NCBI GenBank assembly: GCA_002269645.1
Contig: NIVC01000714.1
Span: 399,358-463,357 of the forward strand
Direction of reading: 5' to 3'
DNA from: Macrostomum lignano
Taxonomy: Eukaryota
Length of the DNA: 64,000 nt
Shown here: positions 45,000 to 61,000 of the stretch, in pieces
Layout: the number at the start of each line of letters is the position of its first letter
Position numbering within the stretch: position 1 is the first letter of the stretch
Made by a program: the position numbers and the translations under genes
The notes under the pieces: generated by a model
Told to the model about the DNA's origin: nothing
Database searches by the model: none
Seen by the model: the letters and a program-made list of their open reading frames with translations, nothing else

Positions 45000-46566
45000 A
45001 AAATAAGAAAATTAAATTGTTAGTGATAGTCCCCAGTCCCACTACCACAGGCTTGGGGGAGCCATGCTAATGAAAAGAAAATGGATCTCTCGGTCTTCAA
45101 TGGTATCGTTGTTGCTAGGCTGGGGCTTGGCCTCCTTGGTTAGCTAGCTGGGTGCCGCAGGTTGGGCCATTGTCCATGGCAGTCGAGCCAGTTGTTGGCA
45201 GGGCTGATGTTGACTACGCTTTGGCCTTGGCTAAGCTAGCAATCTGGGCACACTCAGAGCTGCTCTAGCAAGTGCACATACCCTTTCTGGCAAGTGATCA
45301 GGTGGTTGATAGTCACAGCAAGCAGGGTGCAGCATAGCCAAAGCTGCTGGCCTTTGGTCTTGGAGCCAAGTTGGGCTACAGTCGAGATGGCTGCCATCTT
45401 GGTGGCCAAATCCACTGCTGCCAGGTTGTACTGCTAGGCCAGCTGCAACCAGTTTTTGCAGTTGCTAGATGTATGCAATGCCAGCCTCTCCTTTATTTCC
45501 AGCAACAATAGCTTGGCAAGCTGAAAAGCAATCTCCTCCAGTTCACTTGTTGGGGCACCAAGGGGCTCTGTCGAGAAGCTGCCAGCATATCGGAGCTAGA
45601 CCTGCTAGTCCATATTGTAGGCAGTGGAGACAGTGTGAGGTGGTGGTTGGGCTCTAGCAGTCATATAGAGTCCAGCTCAGGGGCCAGCAGGAAGGTGTGC
45701 AACATGGTCTATAAGGCCGTTGAGCCAAGGGCTCGGGATAGCCATTGGCTAGGCCCATTGCGTCTATCAGGACCAGGTCAAGTGATTCGCGGCCTCCACT
45801 CACTATCACTCTATCAGGTTGTTGTCTTCAACTAGTTGCTGCATAGTGATGTTGCTTGGGCAAGCAGTCGCAGCAATAGCAGATAAGCAAAAAGGACCAA
45901 TGTACAAAGGGATTTATAAACAATTGGGGCTTAGTAGACAATGAATGCAATATAGATTAATTACACAGCTTGTCACATAGAAGTTAAATCAGAGTTAACA
46001 AATTCACAATCTGCGCTGTATCCTTTTTGCCAATATCGTTGAGATGAATGACTAGTGGCCCATTGTCTTGGATTTCTAATTGCTCATAAAATGCTAATAA
46101 ATTCCCTTTGTCTCTTGTCATGTAGGTTGATCACCATAGCAATGGCAGAGTCAACACACAGATGGGTCTGGAGCTCCTCGCAGGTGACTGGCCTCGGGAA
46201 ATGATCTGTTAGATTCAGAGTTCAGCATCTGTCAGTAGGATTTGTTGGTGCAGCTTTGGCTGTTGTGGCATGGTTTGGGGTCTGGAGCTCCCTCTGCATG
46301 ATTGCTACTTAGACCAGTTGCCAGATTGTTGTTGTGTCCGAAGGTTGTTCCTCCTCAATAGCTTCGGTGTCACTGTCATCAGGTTTAGATTTGTCAGCAG
46401 ATGATGATGATGATGAGGCATCTGAGCTGTCAGCATTGCTGCTGAAACTCACTTTCTTCTTTAACTTAGGGCAGTGAGTGGGTTGGCAGCAGTTATCTCT
46501 GGCTGCACTGTGGTTGCTGTCTGTGTCACATTCAGCTAGTAGTCGGCAGCTCCTAGTATGAACCAC
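45000..46566 (-). pseudogene. Relic reading frame(s) with heavy CpG loss (decayed gene or TE ORF, family unknown)
   Basis: About 50% GC island in AT-rich DNA with host-like C/G-ending codons in one minus-strand frame (e.g. ELEEIAFQLAKLLLLEIKERLAL; HLITCQKGYVHLLEQL*VCPDC). Stops are almost all TGA/TAG and CpG is rare. The stop density alone is not distinguishable from random sequence. Confidence 0.45.
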
Positions 46567-47546
46567 TTTTCATTGGTTTGGGATATTAGATTCTGGGCTC
46601 AATTGTTGGGGCAAACTAGGGGAGCTGAGGAGAAAAAGCAAGAGAGGAAAAGGAAGGCAGCAAGCTTAGGGAGCAGGCAGAAAAAGGGAGGCAAGGCTAA
46701 GCTTCATTCACACCAAATGTTGGAATATATGTTATTTCTATAATGCATTTGATTGGTGTTTGTTATAGGCAAAAGGATCTTGATTGCTACACAAGTATGT
46801 ATTATACTTTCCTGATAGAAAAACCGTCTAAAATTGCATTAGGCTAAAATAGCATTCAGGCATAACATGCTTGCCTTAAATTAAGATCATTTTATTGGAA
46901 TCAAGAATATTCTGCCAAGCACGTTATAAATATATGCCAAGCACTCAGCCAATAACTAAGTGTCCTTTTGGTTCGTTTTCTTACTTATTCCTCTTAGCCA
47001 AATATCTTTAAACAAACAGCTACTTTCATGCCTCATTTATTTAAATTACATCCTAGATCCTAGGCCTAATAAGAAAATAAATATTTAGACTTGTAATTCC
47101 ATACAATATATAATTCTTGACTATCATAGTGTCATATCATCTACTTATCATCTTAATGTATAGCCATATGGATACTAATTCAAGTAAAAAAATTAGATAA
47201 TTTTTGCTCTCTTTTAGCTTTCTTTCTTGTACATTGTTGTATATGAAAGGGCCTGTCAGCTGAAGCTCATAGAGTGGAGCCCCAGTAACCTATGTACACA
47301 AATCATACATCATTCTGCTCAGTGACACCATTAAGCTGGATTTGGCAAAATGTTACAAAAATTAGACCTAGGATATGAGAGAACAAGCAAGCCGACAATT
47401 AGGGACTCCACCTTATGAGCTTAAGTTTACATAATAGTCCCTAATTATCCTCTTGCTTGATTTGTGCATTTAGCAGACATCTGCTGCTTTTCAAAATTGG
47501 CACCTTTACTTTTAACAAAAAACCCTATGATACCTACTGTAAGTAG

Positions 47547-50221
<2,675 letters not shown>

Positions 50222-50367
50222 TGAGACTAATGCTCCGGTTCTGCTGGATTTTCCTGTGTTTGACTCCTGTTGTTTAGCGAATTTTCAATCGCCTATTTAT
50301 TTCTTTTTAATTACCTATTGTCACCTGATCCCTAGCCTCTCAGCTCCTTCATCAATCAATTCCCAGC

Positions 50368-50692
50368 ATCTCATCATCAGATCTCCAGCCTCCTCACCTG
50401 CCTCATCAGATCCCAGTCTCCGTCTCCTTTATTAAATCGCAGCCTCACAGCCTCCCATCTCCATCATCAGATCCCAGCCTTCCATCTCCTCCATCAGATC
50501 GCAGCCTCCCTCCTCCATCAGATCGCAGCCTCCCTCCTCCATCAGATCGCAGCCTCCCATCTCCTCCATCAGATCCCAGCCTCCCATCTCCTCCATCAGA
50601 TCCCAGCCTCCCATCTCCTCCATCAGATCCCAGCCTCCCATCTTCCTCATCAGATCCCAGCCTCCCATCTTCCTCATCAGATCCCTAGCCTC
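50368..50692. repeat. 24-27-bp minisatellite downstream of the RBBP4 stop (probable 3' UTR)
   Basis: Unit CATCAGATCCCAGCCTCCCATCTCCTC; AATAAA follows at about 50695. Confidence 0.85.
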
Positions 50693-51374
50693 CAATAAAA
50701 AATTGAATTCGTAATTGCACCTGCAATTATTTATTTCATTGCTGCATGCTCCTGTCACTTATTATCTGACTGTCTCGTTAATTGTTGTCTAATTTTTAAC
50801 GACTCTTTGCTACAAATACTACTTGTATGCGCATGAGTAGCCACTGTTTTCAATTGCAGCCGTCTTTTTTATTTATTAATTTACAAACTAGCAAGTCTCG
50901 CACTCAGTTAGGCGTATCAAATGCTTTATTGTGTCTGTGCATTTGTTTATCTGGCTCGCGTCCCACCCTGGCCCGTTGATGTATTTAAATTCAATAAAAT
51001 TTGTTTTTATTTTCAATTGACTTTACTGTAAGTAGCAATATGCTAATCTAGTGTGTTTTTTATTCGATATCTGAAACACTGGGTCGTGTTAAGCTTCAAT
51101 GTCATCTTGTATTGGCCTGCAGTGCTCCCGGTTTTGTGCTGAATCCAAATTAGCTTTGTTTTTAATATGCAAATGCCATCAGCAACTTCAATGTATTTCT
51201 GTTCCTTAACTGAAACTATTGCAAATTAATTTATTAATAATGATGATGATTTATAAATTCGACTTGGGTGCCGATTATTCTCGCATTCGGGAGTGTTGAA
51301 ATTTAAGTAATACTCAATTCGTTTGTTTGGGTTTATGACATGTAAGATTTTTTATAACTTGAAGTTTGTTGGAT

Positions 51375-51485
51375 TGCTCATCGCCCTCATACCTATTCTG
51401 TCCGCTATTGGTCATCGCCCTCACCTCTTCTGTCCGCTATTGGTCATCGCCCTCACCTCTTCTGTCCGCTGTTGGTCATCGGTCA
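51375..51485. repeat. 32-bp repeat, about 3 copies
   Basis: Unit CTATTGGTCATCGCCCTCACCTCTTCTGTCCG. Confidence 0.8.
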
Positions 51486-51515
51486 TCGAGTCCTGATGAC
51501 ACACTGAGTCCTCAT

Positions 51516-51690
51516 TGTCGTTTGAACGAAGCTGTCGGAAGCGTTTATTCAAGCATAGAAAATTATAACATAAGTGGGAGGCTGAGAACGAAAGCTTAAG
51601 AACGTAAAGCTGGTTGCTACCATATACATAAAAAGGATATGATTGCGTAATGTGCAACAACGCTAGCTCTAGCTAGCAGCCACTACCACA
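51516..51690 (-). repeat. 3' LTR of the Gypsy element
   Basis: Direct repeat of 55879-56054; by eye about 5 substitutions and 3 small indels. Minus-strand AATAAA inside; purine-rich AGATGGGGA tract adjacent. Confidence 0.93.
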
Positions 51691-51822
51691 TGTCCCCATC
51701 TGCAACGGAAGACGATGAATAACGACGTCCACAAGACAGTCAAACAAACAAACTTTAAGAACTAGCTAGTAAACTTCGCAAAATCAGTGAAATAACGCGA
51801 TCACGGTTTACTTAGTCTGAGC

Positions 51823-54800
51823 CTACGGCACAAGGCGATTTGGGCGATTCCTCACCCTAGTGCTTCTTCTTGTCGGAGCGATCTCTGGGGGAATCTCAGG
51901 TATATTAGTTTGTGGTTGTTGGTGAACTTCTCTTCTTCCTCATCAGCTTCAGAGGCAGGAGCCAGCGGGCCAAATTGATTTTTTGAAGCCAGGTGTAGTT
52001 TGGCGCCCGTGAGTAGTAGCCAGGAGGTGTTGCGCCCTTGCTACATCAGGAACTCAGCTCGAGAGCTGGTGGTGTCGCCGTTGGCCTTGAACTGCACCGG
52101 GTCGCCCTGCTGGAAGGTGAAGACCACCGGAACCCGAAGTCGCCGTCCTAGCACGAGCTCGGCAGGGGTTCGTCCGCGTGAAGTTGAAGAACTGCGATGA
52201 TGTAGCAGAGCTCTGCAAAAAAGCAATAAAGCTGCCATGTGTTAGACGCTGGGTCCATGCCTGCAAGGCCTTCTTGATAGTCTGGACGGCTCGCTCAGCT
52301 GCACCATTAGATTGAGGGGAATATGGAGGGCTCTCCATCTTACGAGCACCGTTCTTTTCCAACCAGGCCAATAGTGGAGCTGAGGTGAACTCCGCTGCGT
52401 TGTCCGAAACAACCAGCTCCGGAACCCCAAAGCGAGTAAAAACCGTTCGCAGCGAGTTGATGACACTGTCTGCTGATCTGTCCTTTGTGGGGGAAGCTTC
52501 TATCCAGCCCGAGTACGCATCAACCACGATGAGAATGTTGCCAACGGCTGGTACAAAAGCCCAGTCCATGTGCACTCTTTGAAATGGAGCGGTGGCAGGT
52601 AGCCAAGTGTCCTGAGTTTTTTGTAGACGAGGTCTTAACTGAGTGCATGCCTGGCATTGATGAACGAATTGCTCCACGTCCCTCTGCATACCGGGCCACC
52701 AACAGGTCTGTGCAAGCAACTTGTGCGCTGCGTTGGAACCCGTATGAGTGTCATGCACTTGTGTCGAAGGCCTCTCGTCTGAGCCTTGGTGGAATGAATG
52801 CTCGGCGGCACATGTAGATCAGGCCATTCTCTAGGGTCAGGCATTCCGCGACTTTCTTAAAGGCTGCCTCTGCTTGTGTGCAGTCGCGCCAGTCACCAGA
52901 CCGAATGCGGCGAACTATTTGTTGAAGGAGTCTGTCTGACTCAATTTCGGATATTATTCTGTGTGGATCGATGGCTGGGGATTCAAAGGCAACGCAGTTT
53001 ATCTCCCAAAAGCTACTGCTAGGCTCAAGACCCGCGTTTTCGAACCGGAGTCGGGAGAGCGCGTCGAAATCATGGAGGAAAGAATAGAATGGAGTGCTAA
53101 TCTGAGCCAGTTATTTTTATCTCGCTCGATCTTAACTTTTAACATCCCTTTCCCCCCCCCGTTCTTTCCTATTGGCTCGTGACTGCCATAGACAAAGTAT
53201 TTTTCGTCTCGTTTTCGTTTTCGTTCCCCTCTGAAAGGTCTGTCCCAGCATAGTATGAGCTCGCATCAAAATATGCTTTCAGCCAATAGGAAGGAACGGG
53301 GGGAAAGGGATGTTAAAAGCGAAAATCGAGCGAGATAAAAATAACTGGCTTAGATTAGCACTCCATTCTATTCTTTCCTCCATGGTCGACATGCGGAATT
53401 TTTGTCCCTTGTACGTATTCCAGAGTGAAGTCGAATTGCATTAGAAACAGCGCCCATCGGCTGATTCTGGAAGAGGTTCGCAATGGAATGCTGCCACCAA
53501 AGAGGCGAAGCAACGGTTGGTGATCAGTCCGAATGGTGAATTTTCGGCCTTGCAGATAGTGTGTCAGCCTATGGATTGCCCAGAAAATCGCCAGGCCCTC
53601 TCGTTCGATGTTTGAGTAGTTAGCTTCTGCGGATGAGAGAGTCCTGGAGATGTAAATCACGGGGTGCCCGTCCTGGGTCAAAACAGCCGCAAGCGCACCT
53701 TTTGAGGCGTCAGTGGTTAGAGTGGCCTCTTTTCCAGGTTGTATGGCTGCACCATAGGCCTGGATGAGATTTCTCGCTTGAGCCCCTCAAATGCGTGAAC
53801 GCACTCGTCGGACCAGACGAAGGGCGAGTTTCCCTTCCGAAGGTCATTCAATGGAGCGACTTTGGCGGAAAAATTAGGTATCAGACGGCCAAAAAAATTT
53901 ACTAGGCCAAGGAACTGCTCAACTTCCTTCTTGGAGCTGGGAGCGGCGATATGACGGATCTTGTCAACTAGACGGTCATCAGGCTGAATTCCAGATGCGG
54001 AGATTTTGAATCCAAGAAAGGAAATTTCATCGCACATATTAATAGATTTGCTTTCGTTGATGGTCACTTTCTTCTCTGCGAGCCTGGTTTTGACCGCCTT
54101 CAGCCGCTTGCTTACCTAGTGCTTCGGAATGCTCTGCAAAGACTAGGACATCATCTTGGTAGACAAGGATGCCTTTGAGGTCAGATAGAATATTCTCCAT
54201 GGCCCTTTAAAAAATAAAAGAGGCATTTTTCATGCCCATTTGTAGGCGTTTGACACGGTAGAGGCCGCGTGAGGTGTTGATCACTGATAGTTCTTCCGCA
54301 GATTCATCGAGAGCTATTTGCCAATAGGCAGAGCGCAAGTCTATTTTCGCAAACTTTTTTGCGTTTTTGAGCTTGGCGAATAGGTGCTCAATTGAGGGGA
54401 TTGGATAGGACTCCGACTTGATTTTCCCATTGACGTGCATTTTGTAGTCGGCACACATGCGCAGCGAGCCATCTTTCTTCTTAACCCAAACAACAGGCGA
54501 TGCGTTGCTTACCGGGCCCTCAATTGGCTCGAGCTCTCTAGCTCGGCATTAACTTGTGGCTCCAGCGCAAGTGGAACTGGACGAGCGCGGCAGAACTGTG
54601 GTCTGGCACCTTCAATCAGTTCCATGCTCGCTTTGATGCCCTTGATGGTCGGCAGTGGTTCATTGGCAGGTGCCGCTGTGGCAGTGGTGGCTGCGTGGAA
54701 TACGGCGTCGCCATCTAGAAGATCGCGTCCTAGCAGGCCGAATGTCTTTGAATATATGAAACCACCATCAGCTCAGCTGGATGAATTCGACCGCGCATCT

Positions 54801-55800
54801 CGACGGTTGTAGACAGTTTTCCCAATGTCTTTAGGATGTGGCCATCATACGCCTCGAGTCGCCGATGATACTTGTCCAATTTGAGGCATTGCAGCGATTC
54901 CCAGAGGTGGCTAGAAAACACTGAAACTGAAGCTCCGGTGTCGATCTGCATCGGAATAGCGACACCGTTGATCAGCACAGTTTCTGTCGTTACCGAAACA
55001 GCATGGATGAGATCTACGTCTGTCAGATGGAGTACATCAGAGGCGTCGGAGTCCGAGGTTACAAGTTTTGTGTCCATATGGTTGACCTGTCTGACGCCAC
55101 TGGAGCGGCACACGGATCCAAAGTGGTTGCGCTTGTTGCATTTGTTGCATGTCTTTCCGTAAGCCGGGCATTTGCCAGCTGGATGAGATCGGCCACAAAA
55201 CTTGCAGTCGCCTATGTGCCGTTCATGGGACACGCTACCGCCTCGATGCTGCCGAGCTCCCTTCCCTGTGAAGTTGATGGAGTGTCCTTCTTGGGTAGGC
55301 TCTGTGTCAGCGTTTCGAAGATCCTTGCTGTCTACGAACATCGTCACTTGTTCGATAGTCCTGACTATATCCACGATTTTGGCGATCTTCAAGTCTTTCG
55401 TTTGCATGGCTCCCAGAATGCGTCGTTGATCTTCTGGGTTCTGCAGGCCAGAGATGAGCATCAGACGTACTATTTCCTCTTCCGGTCTGGTGCAGGTTTT
55501 TAGAGCATCGAACTCGCAGTGCGTGGCCCCTTCCTCAAGCGAGAAAGGAACTCCGTAATGGGCTCATCGGCAGCTTGACGTAGCGTGAAGAATTTAGTTC
55601 TCTCAGCAACGGCAAGGTGCTTTTGGGTTGCAGAAAGTTCGTAATGGCAGTCTCCAGCTCCGCAAAGGTGTGTGCTTCCACTTCTTTCGGTGCGACAAGA
55701 TGAGTAACTTTTTCGAGAGCTGCTAGTCCACAGAGCGCTAAAAAGTTGTCCGTGATTTTGTCGATCTGTTTCTTTATCTTCCCACTTCTTGGTTCGAGCC
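51823..55800 (-). pseudogene. Gypsy gag-pol coding region, fragmented by frameshifts, stops and a MITE
   Basis: CKFCGRSHPAGKCPAYGKTCNKCNKRNHFGSVC; MQIDTGASVSV; CADYK...KIDLRSAYWQI; VYQDDVLV; YISRTLSSAEANYSNIEREGLAIFWAI...TDHQPL; HDTHTG...CQAC; VHMDW...VVDAYSGW...SDNAAEF...SNGAAERAVQ; C-terminus RRSTRVRNRPNRLVP*. Confidence 0.9.
53071..53384. mobile_element. Fold-back hAT-like MITE (314 bp, ~110-bp TIRs) inserted in Gypsy pol
   Basis: TIR CATGGAGGAAAGAATAGAATGGAGTGCTAATC...; flanks GTCGAAAT / GTCGACAT match at 7 of 8 (8-bp TSD). Removing it restores the pol motif KIPHVDALSR. Confidence 0.88.
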
Positions 55801-55878
55801 AAGGCTTTGAATGCCTTAAATCCAGGTTAATGCATGAACCGTGTCAGTAAGATCCAGATTGCCAAGCCGCGACGCCGT

Positions 55879-56054
55879 TGTCGTAGTTTGAACGAAGCTG
55901 TCGAAGCGTTTATTCAAGCATAGAAAATATAACATAAGTGGGAGGCTGAGAACGAAAGCTTAAGAACGTATAGCTGGTTGCTACCATAGACATAACAAGG
56001 ATATGATTGGGTAATGTGCAACAGCGCTAGCTCTAGCTAGCAGCCACTACCACA
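55879..56054 (-). repeat. 5' LTR of the Gypsy element
   Basis: See 3' LTR. Followed on the minus strand by PBS-like ACGGCGTCGCGG (tRNA primer not assigned). Confidence 0.93.
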
Positions 56055-57110
56055 CTCATGACACACTGAGTCCTCATGACACACTGAGTCCTCATGACAC
56101 ACTGAGTCCTCATGACAACACACTACACACTGGGCCGTATGCAGAAAGCTTAGTCCAGACTAGCTAGTCCGGACTTGGGTAGTTCAGTCTATAGTCTATG
56201 GTCTAGCTACCCTAGTTCTGCTATAGTAGACTGTCTAACTTTGTGTTTCTGCATACCAAATCCAAGTCTAGACTAGTTTTTCAAGACCGGACTACCCTAG
56301 ACAGAGCTTTCTGCATACGGCCACTGAGTCCTCATGACACACTCAGTCCTCATGACACACTGAGTATTGATGACACACACGAGTCCTACTCATGACACAC
56401 TGAGTATTGATGACGCACACGAGTCCTCATGACACACTGAGTCCTGGTGACGCACTGAGTCCTAACTCACTGAGTCCTCATGACACACTCAGTCCTCATG
56501 ACACACTGAGTATTGATGACACACACGAGTCCTACTCATGACACACTGAGTATTGATGACACACACGAGTCCTCATGACACACTGAGTCCTGGTGACACA
56601 CTGAGTCCTAACTCACTGAGTCCTCATGACACACTCAGTCCTCATGACACACTGAGTCCTAACTCACTGAGTCCTCATGACACACTCAGTCCTCATGACA
56701 CACTGAGTCCTAAGTCACTGAGTTCTCATGACACACTCAGTTCTCATGACACACTGAGCATTGATGACACACACGAGTCCTCATGACACACTGAGTATTG
56801 ATGACACACACGAGTCCTCATGACACACTGAGTCCTGGTGACGCACTGAGTCCTCATGACACACACGAGTCCTCATGACATACTGAGCATTGATGACACA
56901 CTAAGTCCTCATGACACACTGAGCATTGATGACACACACGAGTCCTCGTGGCACACTGAGCATTGATGACACACTGAGTCCTCATGACACACTGAGCATT
57001 GATGACACACACGAGTCCTCATGACACACTGAGTCTTGATGACACACAAGCCCTCATGACACACTGAGTCTTGATGACAAACTGAGTGCTGATGACACAC
57101 ACTAAGTCCT
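56055..57110. repeat. 18-bp minisatellite, target of the Gypsy and MITE insertions
   Basis: Unit CTCATGACACACTGAGTC; about 1.5 units remain on the left of the Gypsy element (about 51488-51515). Confidence 0.93.
56133..56322. mobile_element. 190-bp MITE with 18-bp TIRs
   Basis: GGCCGTATGCAGAAAGCT ... AGCTTTCTGCATACGGCC; ACTG on both flanks (apparent 4-bp TSD); interrupts the 18-bp array. Confidence 0.8.
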
Positions 57111-57242
57111 GACATTTTATATAAGTAATATTGGCATTCACTCCTATTAACATCTATCAATAGTAGATTTTTTTCAGCGCCGGAACGAAGTAAAGCAGGA
57201 ACGCGAAATTCAACAACACGAGGCAAATTATTGTATATTTAT

Positions 57243-57990
57243 TTAGGATCTATTGTAGATCTATCGAAGATCCATTGAGGATCTATTGTGGATCTATTGT
57301 AGATTTATTGAGTATCTATTGAAGATCTATTGAGGATCTATTGTGGATCTATAGTAGATTTATTGAGGATCTATTGTGGATCTATAGTAGATTTATTTAG
57401 GATCTATTGTAGATCTATCGAAGATCCATTGAGGATCTATTGTGGATCTATTGTAGATTTATTGAGGATCTATTGTAGATTTATCGAAGATCTATTGAGG
57501 ATCTATTGTAGATTTATCGAAGATCTATTGAGGATCTATTGTAGATTTATCGAAGATCTATTGAGGATCTATTGTAGATTTATCGAAGATCTATTGAGGA
57601 TCTATTGTAGATTTATCGAAGATCTATTGAGGATCTATTGTAGATCTATCGAAGATCTATTGAGGATCTATTGTAGATTTATCGAAGATCTATTGAGGAT
57701 CTATTGTAGATTTATCGAAGATCTATTAAGGATATATTGTAGATCTATCGAAGATCTATTGTAGATCTATCGAAGATCTATTGAGGATCTTTTGAGGATC
57801 TATTGTAGATTTATCGATGATCTATTGAGGATCTATTGTAGATCTATCGAAGATCTATTGTAGATCTATTGAGGATCTATTGTAGATCTATCGAAGATCT
57901 ATTGAGGATCTATTTTAGATCTATTGAGGATCTATTGCAGATCTAGTTAGGATCTACTGTGTATTTACTGATGATCTATTGTAGATTTAT
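57243..57990. repeat. 33-bp minisatellite with 11- and 22-bp subunits
   Basis: Unit GAGGATCTATTGTAGATTTATCGAAGATCTATT. Confidence 0.92.
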
Positions 57991-58093
57991 TGTACGGTTT
58001 CCGTTTACAGTTTTAGAGTAAAAAATGATTTGTTTCTACAAAATCAAGTCACCATTAAATTCTTCAAAGGTTTGACTGCAAGTCATCAGTCGG

Positions 58094-61000
58094 TCACACG
58101 GCTCTGCTACGCTGGGGTGCCACTTGGTTTTTGTTGCTGGATTCCGAACTGTAGATCACCAGGGAGCCGACGACCAGGAGGAGCTGAAAATTGTATTTTT
58201 CAGGGATTTTTTGAAGTTTACAACTTATCACAAGGTATTTGTAATCGCTGACCAATGATTCCCTGATCATATGACCCACTGACGCTATGAACCACTGACC
58301 CTATGAACCACTGACCCACTGACCCATGAACCACTGACCAACTGACCTATGAACCACTGACCCACTGACCCTATGAACCACTGACCCACTGACCCTATGA
58401 ACCACTGACCCACTGACCCTATGAACCACTGACCCTATGAACCACTGACCCTATGAACCACTGATCCATGAACCACTGACCCACTGACCCTATGAACCAC
58501 TGACCCACTGACCCCATGAACCACTGACCAACTGACCCTATGAACCACTGACCCACTGACCCTATGAACCACTGACCACTGACCCTATGAACCACTGACC
58601 ACTGACCCTATGAACCACTGACCCTATGAACCACTGACCCTATGAACCACTGACCCTATGAACCACTGACCCTATGAACCACTGATCCATGAACCACTGA
58701 CCCACTGACCCTATGAACCACTGACCCTATGACCCACTGATCCATGAACCACTGACCCACTGACCCTATGAACCACTGACCCTATGACCCACTGATAATA
58801 TGACCCACTAACCCAATGACCTACTGACCTGACCCTATGACTCACTGATCATATAAACCACTGACCCTATGAACCACTGACCCTATGAACCACTGACCCC
58901 ATGAACCACTGACCCACTGACCCTATGAACCACTGACCTATGACCCACTGATAATATGACCCACTAACCCAATGACCTACTGACCTGACCCTATGACTCA
59001 CTGATCATATAAACCACTGACCCTATGAACCACTGACCCTATGAACCACTGACCCCATGAACACTGACCCACTGACCCTATGAACCACTGACTTTATGAC
59101 CCACCGATCCAATGACGCAATGACGGGACTTATAAAATTTATCCCAATGAACCATTAGCATTCCATAAAACTACACTGGCTAACCTGCAGCACCAGAAGG
59201 CCAGCCAACGCGGGAAACAAGTAATTAAGGAAATATTTGTCAATATAGCAGTAAAAAGATGTCATAGCAACCAATTTGGTAGTTGCTATCCGTGTTGTTG
59301 TAGGACAGTACAGGTTTAGCGGTTCCATTCGAGCTAAGTCGAATTTACAGCAGGTCACCGGGTAAGTTAAGTCTGCAATTTTTATAATTTTGTTCATTCG
59401 TATTAAGCGTATTTGCCTACTTTTCAGTTTAGTAGCAACATAGAAATATTTAGATAAATTTGCGCTGAAAAGTTAGAGCAAGAACTTACTGAAAGTGAAA
59501 TTTCTGCCGCCCTGACTGATGAAGTGCTGCCTGTCCCAGTCCTGGCTGAGGTTCTCAAAGTCTGTGCCATTGTTCACTCCGCAGCAGCCAACAAGTATCT
59601 GCAGCATATTCTGCAGAAGGCTCTCTAAGTTTGTGCTCCGGAATCCTTTGTACTTAGCGACACTTTGCTCCATGGCCGATTTGGCTGAAGCTTTTAGCTG
59701 CGGATTTTGGGAATTGTGGATGTAGGTCAGTAATGCACTGATGGTGAGTCACTTTGATGAGTCACCGATGCACTAATAATAATCATGAGTCACTGTGATG
59801 AGTCACCGATGCACTAATAATGGTGTGTCACTATGATGAGTCACCGATGCACTAATGATAATTGTGTCATTGTGATGAGTCACCGATGCACTAATAATAT
59901 TTGTGTCATTGTGATGAGTCACCGATGCACTAATGATAATTGTGTCATTGTGATGAGTCACCGATGCACTAATAATAATTGTCATTGTGATGAGTCACCT
60001 ACACCTAGTTTAGTTAATGAACCCGGATTCACCGCCCTAGCTCATATTGATATGCTAATCAAGACGTCAATATTTAAGGTATCCTTGTAGCAGCCTGATT
60101 TTACCTGGCGTCAGTATTTTTACAGCGTACCTCGTTTCATACGAGCCTGTAACCTATTCAACATTGGCAATGTTGATAAGATAAACAGTCTCCGCTTTCA
60201 ATGTCCTGCTGTCTTGCTTTTTTCTTGCTTTTTTCTTTATCGAAAGGCTGAATGCCGATAAAAAAGTCTTGTGTGTGATTGTCACTGTCTGCATTTAAAC
60301 AGTTATGGTTAATGGAGGATAGAGACTCGACTCACAATTTCAGTTGGCGTACCAGATAATGACAACGATTAGCTGGCCAAGGAATACTAGCCCGACGATT
60401 ATGGCGTACTGAAGTTAGAAATGTGACAGTATTTGCTTAGATTGCTTGACTCGGGACTCGGGACATGGGACTCGGGACATTGGACTCGGGACATGGGACT
60501 CGGACATGGGACTCGGGACATGGGACTCGGGACATGGGACTCGGGACATGGGACTCGGACATGGGACTCGGGACATGGGACTCGGACATGGGACTCGGGA
60601 CATGGGACTCGGGACATGGGACTCGGGACATGGGACTGGGACATGGGACTCGGACATGGGACTCGGACATGGATCGGACATGGGACTGGACATGGGACTC
60701 GGGACATGGGACTCGGGACATTGGACTCGGGACATGGGACTCGGGACATGGGACTCGGACATGGGACTCGGGACATGGGACTCGGACATGGGACTCGGGA
60801 CATGGGACTCGGGACATGGGACTCGGGACATGGGACTCGGACATGGGACTCGGGACATGGGACTCGGACATGGGACTCGGACATGGGACTCGGGACATGG
60901 GACTCGGACATGGGACTCGGACATGGGACTCGGGACATGCGGACTCGGGACATGGGACTCGGACATGGGACTCGGGACATGGACTCGGGACATGGGACTC

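Larger units (their letters stand above)
51516..56054 (-). mobile_element. Ty3/Gypsy LTR retrotransposon, full-length structure, frameshifted in this sequence
   Basis: TG...CA LTRs at 51516-51690 and 55879-56054; 5-bp TSD CTCAT (51511-51515 and 56055-56059). Order on the minus strand: gag with CCHC knuckle, protease DTGAS, RT (YQDD about 54150-54161), RNase H, integrase. RT-RH-IN order is Gypsy. Confidence 0.96.

Noticed and set aside
51691-52050. Chromodomain or env gene at the 3' end of the Gypsy element
   Set aside because: pol ends about 130 nt before the LTR with no chromodomain motif and no room for an extra ORF.
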